The notes under the pieces: generated by a model
Told to the model about the DNA's origin: nothing
Database searches by the model: none
The model's input: the letters and a program-made list of their open reading frames with translations, nothing else
DNA from: Ignavibacteriota bacterium
GTDB taxonomy: Bacteria > Bacteroidota > Ignavibacteria > UBA10030 > CAVZMI01
NCBI GenBank assembly: GCA_963776275.1
Contig: CAVZMI010000020.1
Coordinates: 1 to 64,000 of the forward strand
Direction of reading: 5' to 3'
DNA: 64,000 nucleotides
Position numbers and translations under genes: made by a program
In this document: positions 40,819 to 50,303 of the stretch, piece by piece
How the letters are laid out: each line of letters opens with the position of its first letter
How positions within the stretch are numbered: the first letter of the stretch is position 1

Positions 40819-42451
40819 TTACATCTTTTCTGGGGCTGTTATTCCCAGAATCCCCAGCCCGTTCGCCAGCACCGTCTTTGTTGCCAGAGACAATGCCAAT
40901 CTTGCCTTCGATACCTCTTTATTCTCGGTCACCACCCGGCAATGATGATAAAATTGGTGAAACTCAGTCGCTACATCATGTAAATAATCGCATAAATGGT
41001 GAGGCTCGAGCATAACGGTACAGAGCAATATAATATTCGGGAAATCGATTAGCATTTTCATCAGTGATACCTCGGACTCGTGCTGCAGAAGCGATAAATC
41101 AGGCGAACCAGTAATATCCGCACCTTCAGATTCGGCAAACCGGAGGATACTGGCAATACGGGCGTGCGCGTACTGCAGATAATAGACGGGATTTTTATCG
41201 GATTGTTCTTTAGCAAGCTCTAAATCGAACTCCAAATGACTCGAAACGCTTCGCATAACGAGGAAATACCTTACGACATCTTTCCCAACTTCCTCTATCA
41301 AATCATCGAGCGTTACAACGTCGGCTGTCCGTTTCGACATCTTCACCTGCTCGCCGCCGCGTGTAAGCGTGACGAACTGATGAATCAGCACCCGCACTTT
41401 CGACTGATCGTATCCGAGTGCTTTAATCCCCGCCAGAACATCCGGCACTGTCGCAACGTGGTCCGATCCGAAAATATCAACGATCAGCTCGAAACCGCGC
41501 ATAAACTTATTGCGGTGGTATGCAATATCGGGCAGACGGTATGTCGGTTCGCCTGTGCTTTTTACGATCACACGGTCTTGATCGAGGCCGAGTGCCGTTG
41601 TCTTAAACCACACAGCGCCGTCGAGATCATATGCGAGCCCTCTTTTGCGGAATTCTTCAATGACTTCATTAATGGCGCCAGAAGAGTAAAGTGAATCTTC
41701 ATTGAAGAAGACATCAAACTTCACGCCGATTTTATTTAATGTCTCTTTGATTTTTTTAAAAAGAAATGTTTCGGCATATTCCTTGAAATACGTTCTATCC
41801 TCGACTCCCTTCAGGCTGTCCTTCTTCTCATTAAAAATCTTCTGTGCGATCTCTTTGATATACCCTCCCATATATCCATCTTCTGGCATGGGGAATGATT
41901 CATCAAATATCTGCATATAGCGTGCATAGACCGAATCGGCCAGCATACGCATCTGACGGCCTGCGTTATTAAAATAGTATTCACGGGTGACTCGGTACCC
42001 TGCCCATGTAAGAATGTTCGAGATCGTGTCGCCGATGGCAGCCTGCCGGCCGTGCCCGAGATGAAGCAGTCCTGTTGGATTTGCACTGACAAATTCCACC
42101 TGTGTTTTCTTGTCTTCTCCGATCCGGACATGACCATACTCCCCGCCTGCCTTAAGAATTTCATGCAGCCGGTATGAAAAAAATTTAGGTGTGAAATGAA
42201 AATTGAGAAAGCCCCGGACCGGCAATATCGATTTTATCAACGAATGAACGATCGACATCGAGTGCATTAACAATTTCCGATGCGACCTGACGTGGATTTC
42301 TCTTCAGCTGTTTGGAGAGCATCATAGCGATATTAGTCGTGAAGTCGCCGTGCTCGGGATTCTTTGGATGTTCGAAGGTAAGTGCTGCGGAGCCGAAATA
42401 CCCCAGCAACTTGAGTGCGGCCTCAAGCTTTTCGTTCAAATACTTCTTCAT
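40819..42451 (-). CDS. argS: Arginine--tRNA ligase; frameshift in the C-run 42212-42215
   Basis: HGDFTTNIAM, AGPGFLNF (after removing one base), EFVSANPTGLLHLGH, KMSKR, YLQYAHAR, APEKM. Confidence 0.96.
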
Positions 42452-42457
42452 GAAAAC

Positions 42458-42877
42458 CTATGCTACCGCTTTTTTCCGAGGAGTTAATTTTTTCGAGCGC
42501 TGCTTTGACGCTTGTTTAGCGCCGTCATCATCGCCGACATGCTCGATGGGTGCATCGCCCCATAGACGCTCGAGGTTATAAAATCTTCTGACATCTTTAT
42601 GGAACACGTGGACGACAACATCGACAAAATCGAGCAGAATCCAGCTCCGGTTTGTGTAGCCCTCTTCGTGCCATGGACGATCACCCAGTTTTGCCATCCC
42701 TTCACTAATTGCATCGGCAACCGCCTTCACTTGAGTGTCGGAGTCGGCAGTACACACAACGAAATAATCTGTTATCGTGGTGAGCTTGCGCAGATCCATG
42801 ATAAGGACATCATACGCCTTTTTTGTCAAGGCAAGCTGAGCGACTTTCTTTGCTTCTGTTTTGGGTATCAATTGCAC
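42458..42877 (-). CDS. rsfS: Ribosome silencing factor
   Basis: TDYFVVCT, WILLDFVDVVVHVF, FYNLERLWGDA. Confidence 0.95.
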   Translation of the reverse strand: MQLIPKTEAKKVAQLALTKKAYDVLIMDLRKLTTITDYFVVCTADSDTQVKAVADAISEGMAKLGDRPWHEEGYTNRSWILLDFVDVVVHVFHKDVRRFYNLERLWGDAPIEHVGDDDGAKQASKQRSKKLTPRKKAVA

Positions 42878-42889
42878 CTCTTGAATTAG

Positions 42890-43483
42890 TTATTGAGAAA
42901 GATCCCCGCTCCGTCCAGGCGAGTCTGACTTTAGTCGGACGAGACGGGGGGCGAGCCCGCGCTGACGAAGGGGATTGAGTTGGCGATAATCTTTTCCTAC
43001 TACAACCGAAAAATCAACGAGTTCGCGATTGTTCTTCTTACGGATAATTCGTGTCGGGGAAATATTGATAGCATCGGCGATTTTCTTCGCAGCCGTCATA
43101 TCGTCGATCCAATCGATCACCATCGATCGGGTAAGTGTGGATGTTTCATAGTTACCGATCTCCACGACATCATATCCCAGTGAACGCAAATGATCAGTTA
43201 CTTTCATGGCGATACCCGGTGCACTGCATCCATTCAATACACTTATCTGAATTCGGCGTCCGGTATCATTGACGCCGAGACGGTCCGGTGCAGACCCGTT
43301 GGAAAACCACGAGAGAATACGTCCGTTAAAAATATAGAAAAGGAGAGCGCTCGCCGCGAGAATCACTCCGAGGATTCGTAAAGTCCGCTTCGCTGGAATA
43401 AGTAGCGTCCATTGTCCGCGCCGGTGGTGCGAGCTTTCTCTTGCAGAGGCTGATGATGCTGTTGTTCGTTCGTTCGAGGCCAA
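42890..43483 (-). CDS. LytR C-terminal domain membrane protein
   Basis: One TM helix then IQISVLNGCSAPGIA..GYDVVEIGNY..VVVGKDY. Start TTG 43483 inferred. Confidence 0.82.
   Translation of the reverse strand: MASNERTTASSASARESSHHRRGQWTLLIPAKRTLRILGVILAASALLFYIFNGRILSWFSNGSAPDRLGVNDTGRRIQISVLNGCSAPGIAMKVTDHLRSLGYDVVEIGNYETSTLTRSMVIDWIDDMTAAKKIADAINISPTRIIRKKNNRELVDFSVVVGKDYRQLNPLRQRGLAPRLVRLKSDSPGRSGDLSQ
42903..42960. repeat. Nested REP-like palindrome inside the 3' end of the LytR gene
   Basis: cgctccgtc...gtctgactttagtcggac...gacggggggcg; shares cgagacggg with the 7696 element. Confidence 0.55.
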
Positions 43484-43540
43484 ATTTTCCCGGGTGATCC
43501 CCCTTATAAAAAAATTAACCGAGCACGTCCCCCAGCAATC

Positions 43541-43630
43541 TGTCCACCGTCCTCCCCTCCGGCTTGTCCGCCGAATCCCCACCCCGACAAAGTCGGGGGA
43601 AGTAGGCGGAAACAAAACGAAGGCGGAAAC
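43541..43630. repeat. Nested REP-like palindromes
   Basis: tgtccaccg / tgtccgccg left arms, central ccccgac-aaa-gtcgggg hairpin, two aggcggaaac right arms. Confidence 0.55.
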
Positions 43631-43694
43631 GTTGATGAAGACAGAAACTGGGACTGTAACCCGGTTTAGACATCAACAGGAATTTTGTTTAAAA

Positions 43695-44198
43695 TTAATA
43701 TTCGTCTCCAAAAAGCGGATTGTAAAAACGAGATCGATATCCTCCATAAAAACCGCTATGATACCCATAGGGATTTTGATTGAACTGAACCTGAATGTGG
43801 AAGTCGTCCCACGGTGTATAGTTAATCTGGGCCCGATTCAGAATGAGTCCGCTGAATTGATTTTTTAATCCCTGGGGCATCGAGCCGTAGGGTGACATCA
43901 TCAAACTGATATCTGCCTGCACATTCAGTCTGTCCGAAAATTTATAACTCATGCTGTTGGTGTACATATTGACACCCAGCGTCTGATTCCCCATACTCAT
44001 GTACGACATCGTGATGCTGTGTTGCATCTGAAAATTTTCCGGATTGAACCAACCGAAGAGATCGAACGAGCTGTAATCATTCCGGAGTATCGATCCGGAC
44101 ACGCTCGGATGTTCCTGGTTGACCTGGGATTTAAATTGCGCATGCGCAACACCACAAAACAGCCCTGCTAACGCTACAAGCATCGCATACCGTTTCAT
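43695..44198 (-). CDS. Hypothetical exported protein
   Basis: Signal peptide (AHA-Q), Met/Ser-rich beta-strand-like body, GGAG Shine-Dalgarno. Confidence 0.7.
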   Translation of the reverse strand: MKRYAMLVALAGLFCGVAHAQFKSQVNQEHPSVSGSILRNDYSSFDLFGWFNPENFQMQHSITMSYMSMGNQTLGVNMYTNSMSYKFSDRLNVQADISLMMSPYGSMPQGLKNQFSGLILNRAQINYTPWDDFHIQVQFNQNPYGYHSGFYGGYRSRFYNPLFGDEY

Positions 44199-44384
44199 TC
44201 TTCACTCCCTTACTCTACGGTGATGATACAGAAATTCACTTTGAATGTCAAGTCTCCGTTATCAACCTTATAAGTTTTCCTTGAAGACACGCATCCATTT
44301 CCCCTTAGACGAACCGGAGGTAAAAAAGTATTAATCTGGCACTCAAAGAGCCACTTTCTCCATTCACCATACATCACTCTCAAT

Positions 44385-45152
44385 TCACAATATCGCCTGT
44401 TTCCGGGCATTAAAAAACTGCTGGGCTTCTTCGAGCTGCTCAAATGTATTCACCCCCAGAATTTCATTAAAATCGCCGGTTTTCATAGCCGCCACTTTGA
44501 GTCCGGAAGTCCAAAAATATTTAAACACATCTGTCAAATAATACTCGTTTTGTGCATTATGTGGTGAAATATGTTTCAATGCATCGAAAAGGACAGAGCG
44601 CTGAAAAATATAAATCCCCGAATTGATTTCACGAATTTTTTTTGTTTCCTCATCTGCATCCCGCTCCTCGACTATACCCTCGACCAATCCTTTTTCCGAA
44701 CGGACAATCCGACCATAACTTTTCGGATCGTCGATATCTGCAGTGAGAATTGTAGCGACAGCCCGTTCACGCCGATGGTACTCCTGCAGCCGCTCGATTG
44801 TTGCTTGTGTCAACAGAGGAGCATCTCCCGATAGAACTATCACGTCGCCTGAAAAGTTACGCAGAGCACTTTCGGTTTGCATCACCGCATGCCCGGTCCC
44901 CAATTGATCCCTTTGCTCGGCAAATTCTACCCGGCCTGGAAAAGTCTTCTGTAAATATTCAACGACGGTCTTGTACTGATATCCAACCACAACGATTGTT
45001 CTGGCGCTCTTTAGTCTGAGGGCAAGTTCGACAACATGTCCGATCAACGGCTTTCCATCAACCTCATACATGACCTTCGCCTTCTCCGGATTTTTCATCC
45101 GGGTTCCCTTCCCCGCGGCCATAATCACGACTGCTACCCGATGCGAATCCAC
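44385..45152 (-). CDS. glmU: GlmU-like nucleotidyltransferase, pyrophosphorylase domain only
   Basis: MAAGKGTRM, QLGTGHAV, LSGDAPL, YGRIVR, EINSGIY, EYYLTD, GVN; no hexapeptide-repeat acetyltransferase domain. Confidence 0.8.
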   Translation of the reverse strand: MDSHRVAVVIMAAGKGTRMKNPEKAKVMYEVDGKPLIGHVVELALRLKSARTIVVVGYQYKTVVEYLQKTFPGRVEFAEQRDQLGTGHAVMQTESALRNFSGDVIVLSGDAPLLTQATIERLQEYHRRERAVATILTADIDDPKSYGRIVRSEKGLVEGIVEERDADEETKKIREINSGIYIFQRSVLFDALKHISPHNAQNEYYLTDVFKYFWTSGLKVAAMKTGDFNEILGVNTFEQLEEAQQFFNARKQAIL

Positions 45153-45536
45153 CTATTCCAGTGTCTCCATGGAATGTCCGTGAACGAGTTCTTTAATTGC
45201 ATTCTTTTTATCTACAAGCACAACGACCGGACGATGCTGCTGGGCTTCGATCTCCGGATATCCGGCAAATGTCATGATAATAATTTCATCACCGACCGTT
45301 CCGAGCCGTGCAGCTGCTCCGTTCAAACCGATTACATGAGATCCGCGTTTTGCTTCGATTACATAGGTTTCAAACCGCTGACCGTTATTCAGGTTTACTA
45401 CCTGTACTTTTTCGTACGGAAGAATATCGGCAGCTTCCATCAACTCGGCATCAATGCTCAAGCTTCCTTCATAGTATAGATCCGCTTGTGTCACAGTTGC
45501 GCGATGAATCTTCGATTTACACATAGAACGTACCAC
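45153..45536 (-). CDS. panD: Aspartate 1-decarboxylase
   Basis: [29 protein letters not shown]. Confidence 0.97.
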   Translation of the reverse strand: MVRSMCKSKIHRATVTQADLYYEGSLSIDAELMEAADILPYEKVQVVNLNNGQRFETYVIEAKRGSHVIGLNGAAARLGTVGDEIIIMTFAGYPEIEAQQHRPVVVLVDKKNAIKELVHGHSMETLE

Positions 45537-45550
45537 TGAATTGACTCCTT

Positions 45551-46405
45551 CTATGAAATGTGAATAAGGGTATTATCAATTAATCGTGTCGTACCAAAAC
45601 GAACAGCCAATGCGATTATATAGTTTCCCCCTTTTTCGAGCCGTGAAATTCCTTCAAGTCTATCATCCTCGGCTATTGTAATATAATCAATCTTCGCCAG
45701 CGGAGCCAGAGTGATGATCTCTTCCATATCCCGGCGGATAAGTACTGTATCGCGTTCTCCATCGCGGATCATCTGCTCGGCTCGATCAAGAGATTTCCGG
45801 AGAAGCGGAGCCTGGTTCCGTTCCTCAAAATTCAAATAGACGTTCCGCGAGCTCATCGCGAGTCCATCGGCTTCACGGATGATCGGTGTGATTACCATCC
45901 GAACATCCAGCGCCAGATCGTTTACCATCTGTCTGAGAATAATCGCCTGCTGGATGTCTTTCTGTCCGAATACGGCAACATGCGGTTTGACAATATTGAA
46001 CAGTTTCAGGACTACCGTTGCCACGCCACGAAAGTGTGTCGGACGAATTTTCCCCTCCCACACCGCCGATAGCTGTTCCACCTGCACAAAAGTCCGAAAT
46101 CCATTTGGATACATTTCATTGACTGCTGGAACAAACAGTATATCGATACCTGCACCCTCTGCCAGCGATGTGTCGTGCACAATGTCTCGTGGATAACGTT
46201 CAAAATCTTCCGCCGGACCAAATTGCGTTGGGTTGACGAATATTGACATTATGATAATGTCGGCCTGTTTCTGCGCCGCACGAACCAGACTCAGGTGCCC
46301 TTCATGCAGATATCCCATTGTTGGCACAAAACCGATCCGCTTTCCCGAGAGGCGGATGCGTTCGGCTTCGGATTGCATGTCAACTATTGTAGTGATGGTT
46401 CGCAT
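45551..46405 (-). CDS. panC: Pantoate--beta-alanine ligase
   Basis: [36 protein letters not shown]. Confidence 0.97.
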   Translation of the reverse strand: MRTITTIVDMQSEAERIRLSGKRIGFVPTMGYLHEGHLSLVRAAQKQADIIIMSIFVNPTQFGPAEDFERYPRDIVHDTSLAEGAGIDILFVPAVNEMYPNGFRTFVQVEQLSAVWEGKIRPTHFRGVATVVLKLFNIVKPHVAVFGQKDIQQAIILRQMVNDLALDVRMVITPIIREADGLAMSSRNVYLNFEERNQAPLLRKSLDRAEQMIRDGERDTVLIRRDMEEIITLAPLAKIDYITIAEDDRLEGISRLEKGGNYIIALAVRFGTTRLIDNTLIHIS

Positions 46406-46564
46406 ACGTGTACGGAGTTATTTTAAAAAAATCACTAAAGCCCCCTCTACTCTGCGTCCTCTGTACTCGGGAACCACTGTGAAGTTCTCCGTGGTTATAT
46501 TTTATCACCGATTAAATGGAGGGATACTAAGAATCCACGACGGATACAGAGTAGAATATTCTAT

Positions 46565-47407
46565 CTATCCGATCATGAGGGATATCAGCTGAGAGACTTT
46601 TTCTTTCATGTCACGACGGTGAACAATCATATCGAGGAATCCGTGTTCAAGGAGAAACTCCGAACGTTGAAATCCTTTTGGCAGATCTTTCCCTATTGTC
46701 TGACGAATCACTCGTGGTCCGGCAAACCCGATGAGCGCGCCAGGTTCGGCTATATTCACATCACCAAGCATCGAATAACTCGCCGTGACACCACCGGTCG
46801 TCGGATCGGTCATGATCGAAATAAAGGGGATGCGTGCTTCCGCCAATCGTGCGAGACGCGAGCTCGTTTTCGCCATTTGCATCAGCGAATACGCCCCCTC
46901 CATCATTCGTGCCCCACCTGAGGACGATACGATAACGAGCGGGACTTTTGTCTTCCATGATTTATCTATTGCACGCGCCACTTTTTCACCGACAACGGAT
47001 CCCATGCTGCCGCCAATAAATCCGAAATCCATCGCACCAAAAACGACTGCCTGGCCGTTAATTTTCCCGGTTCCGGTGCGGATGGCGTCCATCATTCCCG
47101 ATTTATTAATTGTATCCGTAATGCGATCCTTATATCGTTTCGTATCGGAAAAATCCAGAGGATCGTTCGAACGCATCTTTTTATCCATTTCTTTGAACGA
47201 TCCTTTATCAAGCAGTACGGCAATGTATTCCTCACTCCCGATACGGAAATGGTAGTTGCATTTAACGCAGGTGTGGAAATTCTCTTCCAGCTGCTTCCGA
47301 TGGATCATCTCGCCGCAACCATCGCACTTCGTCCACATTCCATCGGGAATGTCTTTTTTAATACTGTCGGCGGAGATGTTTTCTTTTGAACGTCTGAACC
47401 AGGCCAT
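46565..47407 (-). CDS. accD: Acetyl-CoA carboxylase carboxyltransferase beta subunit
   Basis: WTKCDGC..CVKC zinc finger, [37 protein letters not shown]. Confidence 0.97.
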   Translation of the reverse strand: MAWFRRSKENISADSIKKDIPDGMWTKCDGCGEMIHRKQLEENFHTCVKCNYHFRIGSEEYIAVLLDKGSFKEMDKKMRSNDPLDFSDTKRYKDRITDTINKSGMMDAIRTGTGKINGQAVVFGAMDFGFIGGSMGSVVGEKVARAIDKSWKTKVPLVIVSSSGGARMMEGAYSLMQMAKTSSRLARLAEARIPFISIMTDPTTGGVTASYSMLGDVNIAEPGALIGFAGPRVIRQTIGKDLPKGFQRSEFLLEHGFLDMIVHRRDMKEKVSQLISLMIG

Positions 47408-47422
47408 CGTTATGTTCCTTTT

Positions 47423-48115
47423 TTACACCCCGGAACTCTCCCGGGGGATGAATTCACGAAGATACTTGGGTTCGAGAGATGAACGATCCGCTCTTTCACC
47501 AGCGTTATACCGTTGGACTCCGAGGGTAACAATCGATGCGGGACTGCATCGTGAATACTCAGCGTACCAACGACGTTTCAGCTCTTCTTGTTCGAACGCC
47601 ATATTCTGAGCATCACCGACAAGCATAACATCCAGATGATCCTTTGCCCATCGGGTTATTCCCTCATACGGTCCGATCACCGCCGGTTTGATCTCTTCAG
47701 GCCATAGATCCTGAGTCATCCGGTATACTGCACAATATGCCTCATCACGATGTGCATCAAGCAAAGAAAGAACGCTGGCACCTGAAAGGGCGCTCCCCCC
47801 CCGGGAAATATTATAGGCAAGCGCCTGAAGAGTCGGCACGGGGATTAAGGGAATATCCGCCGCAAATGAGAGCCCTTTTGCCACACTGAGTCCGATTCGC
47901 AAGCCTGTAAACGATCCTGGTCCGATAGAAACTGCAATAACATCAAACTGATTGACACGCACGTCCGCTTGTTTCATAACTTCTTCGATTAGCGGTACCA
48001 ACTGTTCCGAATGAATATTCGGTATATCAAGCACACGTTCGATCGGTGCTGTTCCCTCGCGAAGCAGCGCTACACCGCAAATAGTCGTTGCAGTCTCAAT
48101 GCCGAGTGCAATCAT
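47423..48115 (-). CDS. tsaB: t6A biosynthesis protein TsaB
   Basis: LGIETAT, HSEQL, GPGSFTGLRIG, LEPKYLR. Confidence 0.95.
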   Translation of the reverse strand: MIALGIETATTICGVALLREGTAPIERVLDIPNIHSEQLVPLIEEVMKQADVRVNQFDVIAVSIGPGSFTGLRIGLSVAKGLSFAADIPLIPVPTLQALAYNISRGGSALSGASVLSLLDAHRDEAYCAVYRMTQDLWPEEIKPAVIGPYEGITRWAKDHLDVMLVGDAQNMAFEQEELKRRWYAEYSRCSPASIVTLGVQRYNAGERADRSSLEPKYLREFIPRESSGV

Positions 48116-48546
48116 CCGGTACTTTGCTCCAGATGTATTTCACGCCGATCGATTCCTTTTACGACGCGAAAAGTGACTGAATATCGATCGAGGGGAAGAA
48201 GCCGTTCTGCTTTTTCAGCCCATTCTATCAGACTTACCCCTTCATCGTCAAGATATTCTTCAATGCCGAGCGCGCGTAATTCTTTAAAAGAACTAATTCG
48301 ATACAGATCAATATGAAAAACCGGAATTCCCGAGTGCTGCCGGTACTCATTGATCAGAGTGAATGTCGGACTCGTCACATGCTCCTTCGCACCGAGACCG
48401 GCACATACACCCTTAACAAATTGTGTTTTCCCGCTACCAAGTTCACCGTAGAGGGCGACAACATCTCCGGGTTCGAGATCGATAGAAAATTTTCGACCAA
48501 GCGCTATTGTTTCTTCCTCACTCGATGTCATAACAATCTCGTTCAT
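48112..48546 (-). CDS. tsaE: t6A biosynthesis ATPase TsaE
   Basis: GELGSGKT, VTSPTFTL, HIDLYR, LIEWAE. Confidence 0.95.
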   Translation of the reverse strand: MNEIVMTSSEEETIALGRKFSIDLEPGDVVALYGELGSGKTQFVKGVCAGLGAKEHVTSPTFTLINEYRQHSGIPVFHIDLYRISSFKELRALGIEEYLDDEGVSLIEWAEKAERLLPLDRYSVTFRVVKGIDRREIHLEQSTG

Positions 48547-48550
48547 CTCG

Positions 48551-50119
48551 TTACCTGGGTTCCATCCAAACAACCGGCAGTATCATTTCTTCCATCGATA
48601 TCCCGCCGTGCTGAAAGCTGTCCATATACTGAGTCAGATGTTTATGATACTCCGTGGGATACACAAAGAAATAATCTTCTTTCGCAATAACATAGTTTGT
48701 TGTTACAGCACGCTGGGGTAGTCGGAACTCCTTTGGATTTTTTATAAAGAGTGCTCCTTTTTCCTCAACTTTGAGATTTCGTCCAAATTTATATCGCAGA
48801 CTTGTCGATGCATCCCTGTCACCAATGACTTTTGTGCCGTGGAGGCTTCGGACACTTCCATGATCGGTTGTCAGGACAATCCGAACATTCTCCTTCTGGG
48901 AAAGGGTTTTCAGCATCCCCAGAAGCGATGAGTGCATAAACCACGATCGGGTAAGCGAGCGATAGGCCGGTTCGTCGGGCGCAATCTCTTTTAAAATTTC
49001 CGAATCAGATCGGCCGTGGGCAAGCATGTCAATAAAGTTGACAACGATCAGTGTCAACGGATTCCGTGTATACGAAAGAATATTATTCTCGATGCTACGT
49101 CCATATTCGGCATCGAGGATCTTAACATATTTTGCTTCGGGTTTTAAAAAGATTCGTTTTCTTTCAAGGAGCTTCTCGAAAAGTTGATGCTCATATCGAT
49201 TAAAACTATTTTCATCCTCATCCCCGTCGGATGTCCAGTACTCGCTGTACCGTTGTTGGATATCAAGCGGAAAAAGACCGCTGAAGATTGCATTACGGGC
49301 GTATGGAGTCGCCGTTGGCAGGATGGAGAAGTAATACTCCTTGTTTATCGTGTACCATTCCCGTAAGACTTCTTCCATGATCATCCATTGATCAAGCCTG
49401 AGACAATCGATTACGAAAAAAAAGATCGATTTACCGGTATTGAGCTTTGGAAGAAGAAACCGTTCTGCGATATTGACGGATAAAGGAGGGCTTGTTTCTG
49501 GTTTTTCGAGCCAGTTTTGGTAATTTCGCTCTATAAATCTGGCAAATTCTACGTTACAGTCGCGTTTCTGATTGTAAAGCAACTGGTAAAGTCCTAACTC
49601 AGGATGTTTATCGAGTTCAAGCTCCCAGTTCGTCATTCTCACATGTAGATCGATCCACTCCTGATGAGTAAGCGGGTTCATCAATGCCAGCGATATCTGT
49701 CTGAATTCCTCTGTATAATCTTTCGAGACATATTCTCCAGTAATTTTTTTCCCCTCAAGAATTTTCTTACACGTCAACAGTACCTGACTCGGATTGACCG
49801 GTTTTGTGAGATAATCGCTGATTTTCCCGCCTATTGCATCTTCCATCAGAGATTCTTCTTCATTTTTTGTAATCATAACAACTGGAAGTCCGGGAAAAGC
49901 AGATTTAATCTCTGATAAAGTCTGCAATCCCCCTTTCCCAGGCATCATCTCATCCAGAAGAATGAGTTCGAATCCGCCCTTATTAACCAGTGCAATCGCG
50001 TCGTCTCCATTTGTCGCCGTTTCAACCTCAAACCCTCTTTGTTCCAGAAAGAGAATATGTGGATGAAGAAGCTCGATTTCATCGTCAACCCAGAGTATTT
50101 TACCTTTATTTTCTTCCAT
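48551..50119 (-). CDS. porX: PorX-like response regulator with PglZ/alkaline-phosphatase domain
   Basis: ILWVDDEI, LLDEMMPG, MITKNEEE, ILPTATPYARNAIF, TTDHG, FQHGGISMEEM; adjacent to tsaE as in Bacteroidota. Confidence 0.9.
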   Translation of the reverse strand: MEENKGKILWVDDEIELLHPHILFLEQRGFEVETATNGDDAIALVNKGGFELILLDEMMPGKGGLQTLSEIKSAFPGLPVVMITKNEEESLMEDAIGGKISDYLTKPVNPSQVLLTCKKILEGKKITGEYVSKDYTEEFRQISLALMNPLTHQEWIDLHVRMTNWELELDKHPELGLYQLLYNQKRDCNVEFARFIERNYQNWLEKPETSPPLSVNIAERFLLPKLNTGKSIFFFVIDCLRLDQWMIMEEVLREWYTINKEYYFSILPTATPYARNAIFSGLFPLDIQQRYSEYWTSDGDEDENSFNRYEHQLFEKLLERKRIFLKPEAKYVKILDAEYGRSIENNILSYTRNPLTLIVVNFIDMLAHGRSDSEILKEIAPDEPAYRSLTRSWFMHSSLLGMLKTLSQKENVRIVLTTDHGSVRSLHGTKVIGDRDASTSLRYKFGRNLKVEEKGALFIKNPKEFRLPQRAVTTNYVIAKEDYFFVYPTEYHKHLTQYMDSFQHGGISMEEMILPVVWMEPR

Positions 50120-50196
50120 TTCTTCGTCTTATCGATTTTAAAGCATGTTAACATAACCAATTCCCGTATAAGAAGCAACCGACAGAAGTCGGCATC

Positions 50197-50225
50197 TTGC
50201 AATTGCATCGGAAAAAACGTATAAT
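50197..50225 (+). promoter_or_regulatory. Putative sigma70 promoter for glgP
   Basis: TTGCAA-17 nt-TATAAT. Confidence 0.6.
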
Positions 50226-50303
50226 TTTAACATGTCTCGTCAAATACAGCATCAAATCCTACCTGCAAACCACGGTACAATATATCCTATTAAATAAAAC
50301 TCT

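Noticed and set aside
44336-44360. CIRCE-like TGGCACTC site
   Set aside because: Only a half-site; the 9-nt spacer and second arm are missing.
48551-50119. PglZ domain as evidence of a BREX defence system
   Set aside because: It is the PorX-type REC-PglZ regulator beside tsaE; no other brx genes.
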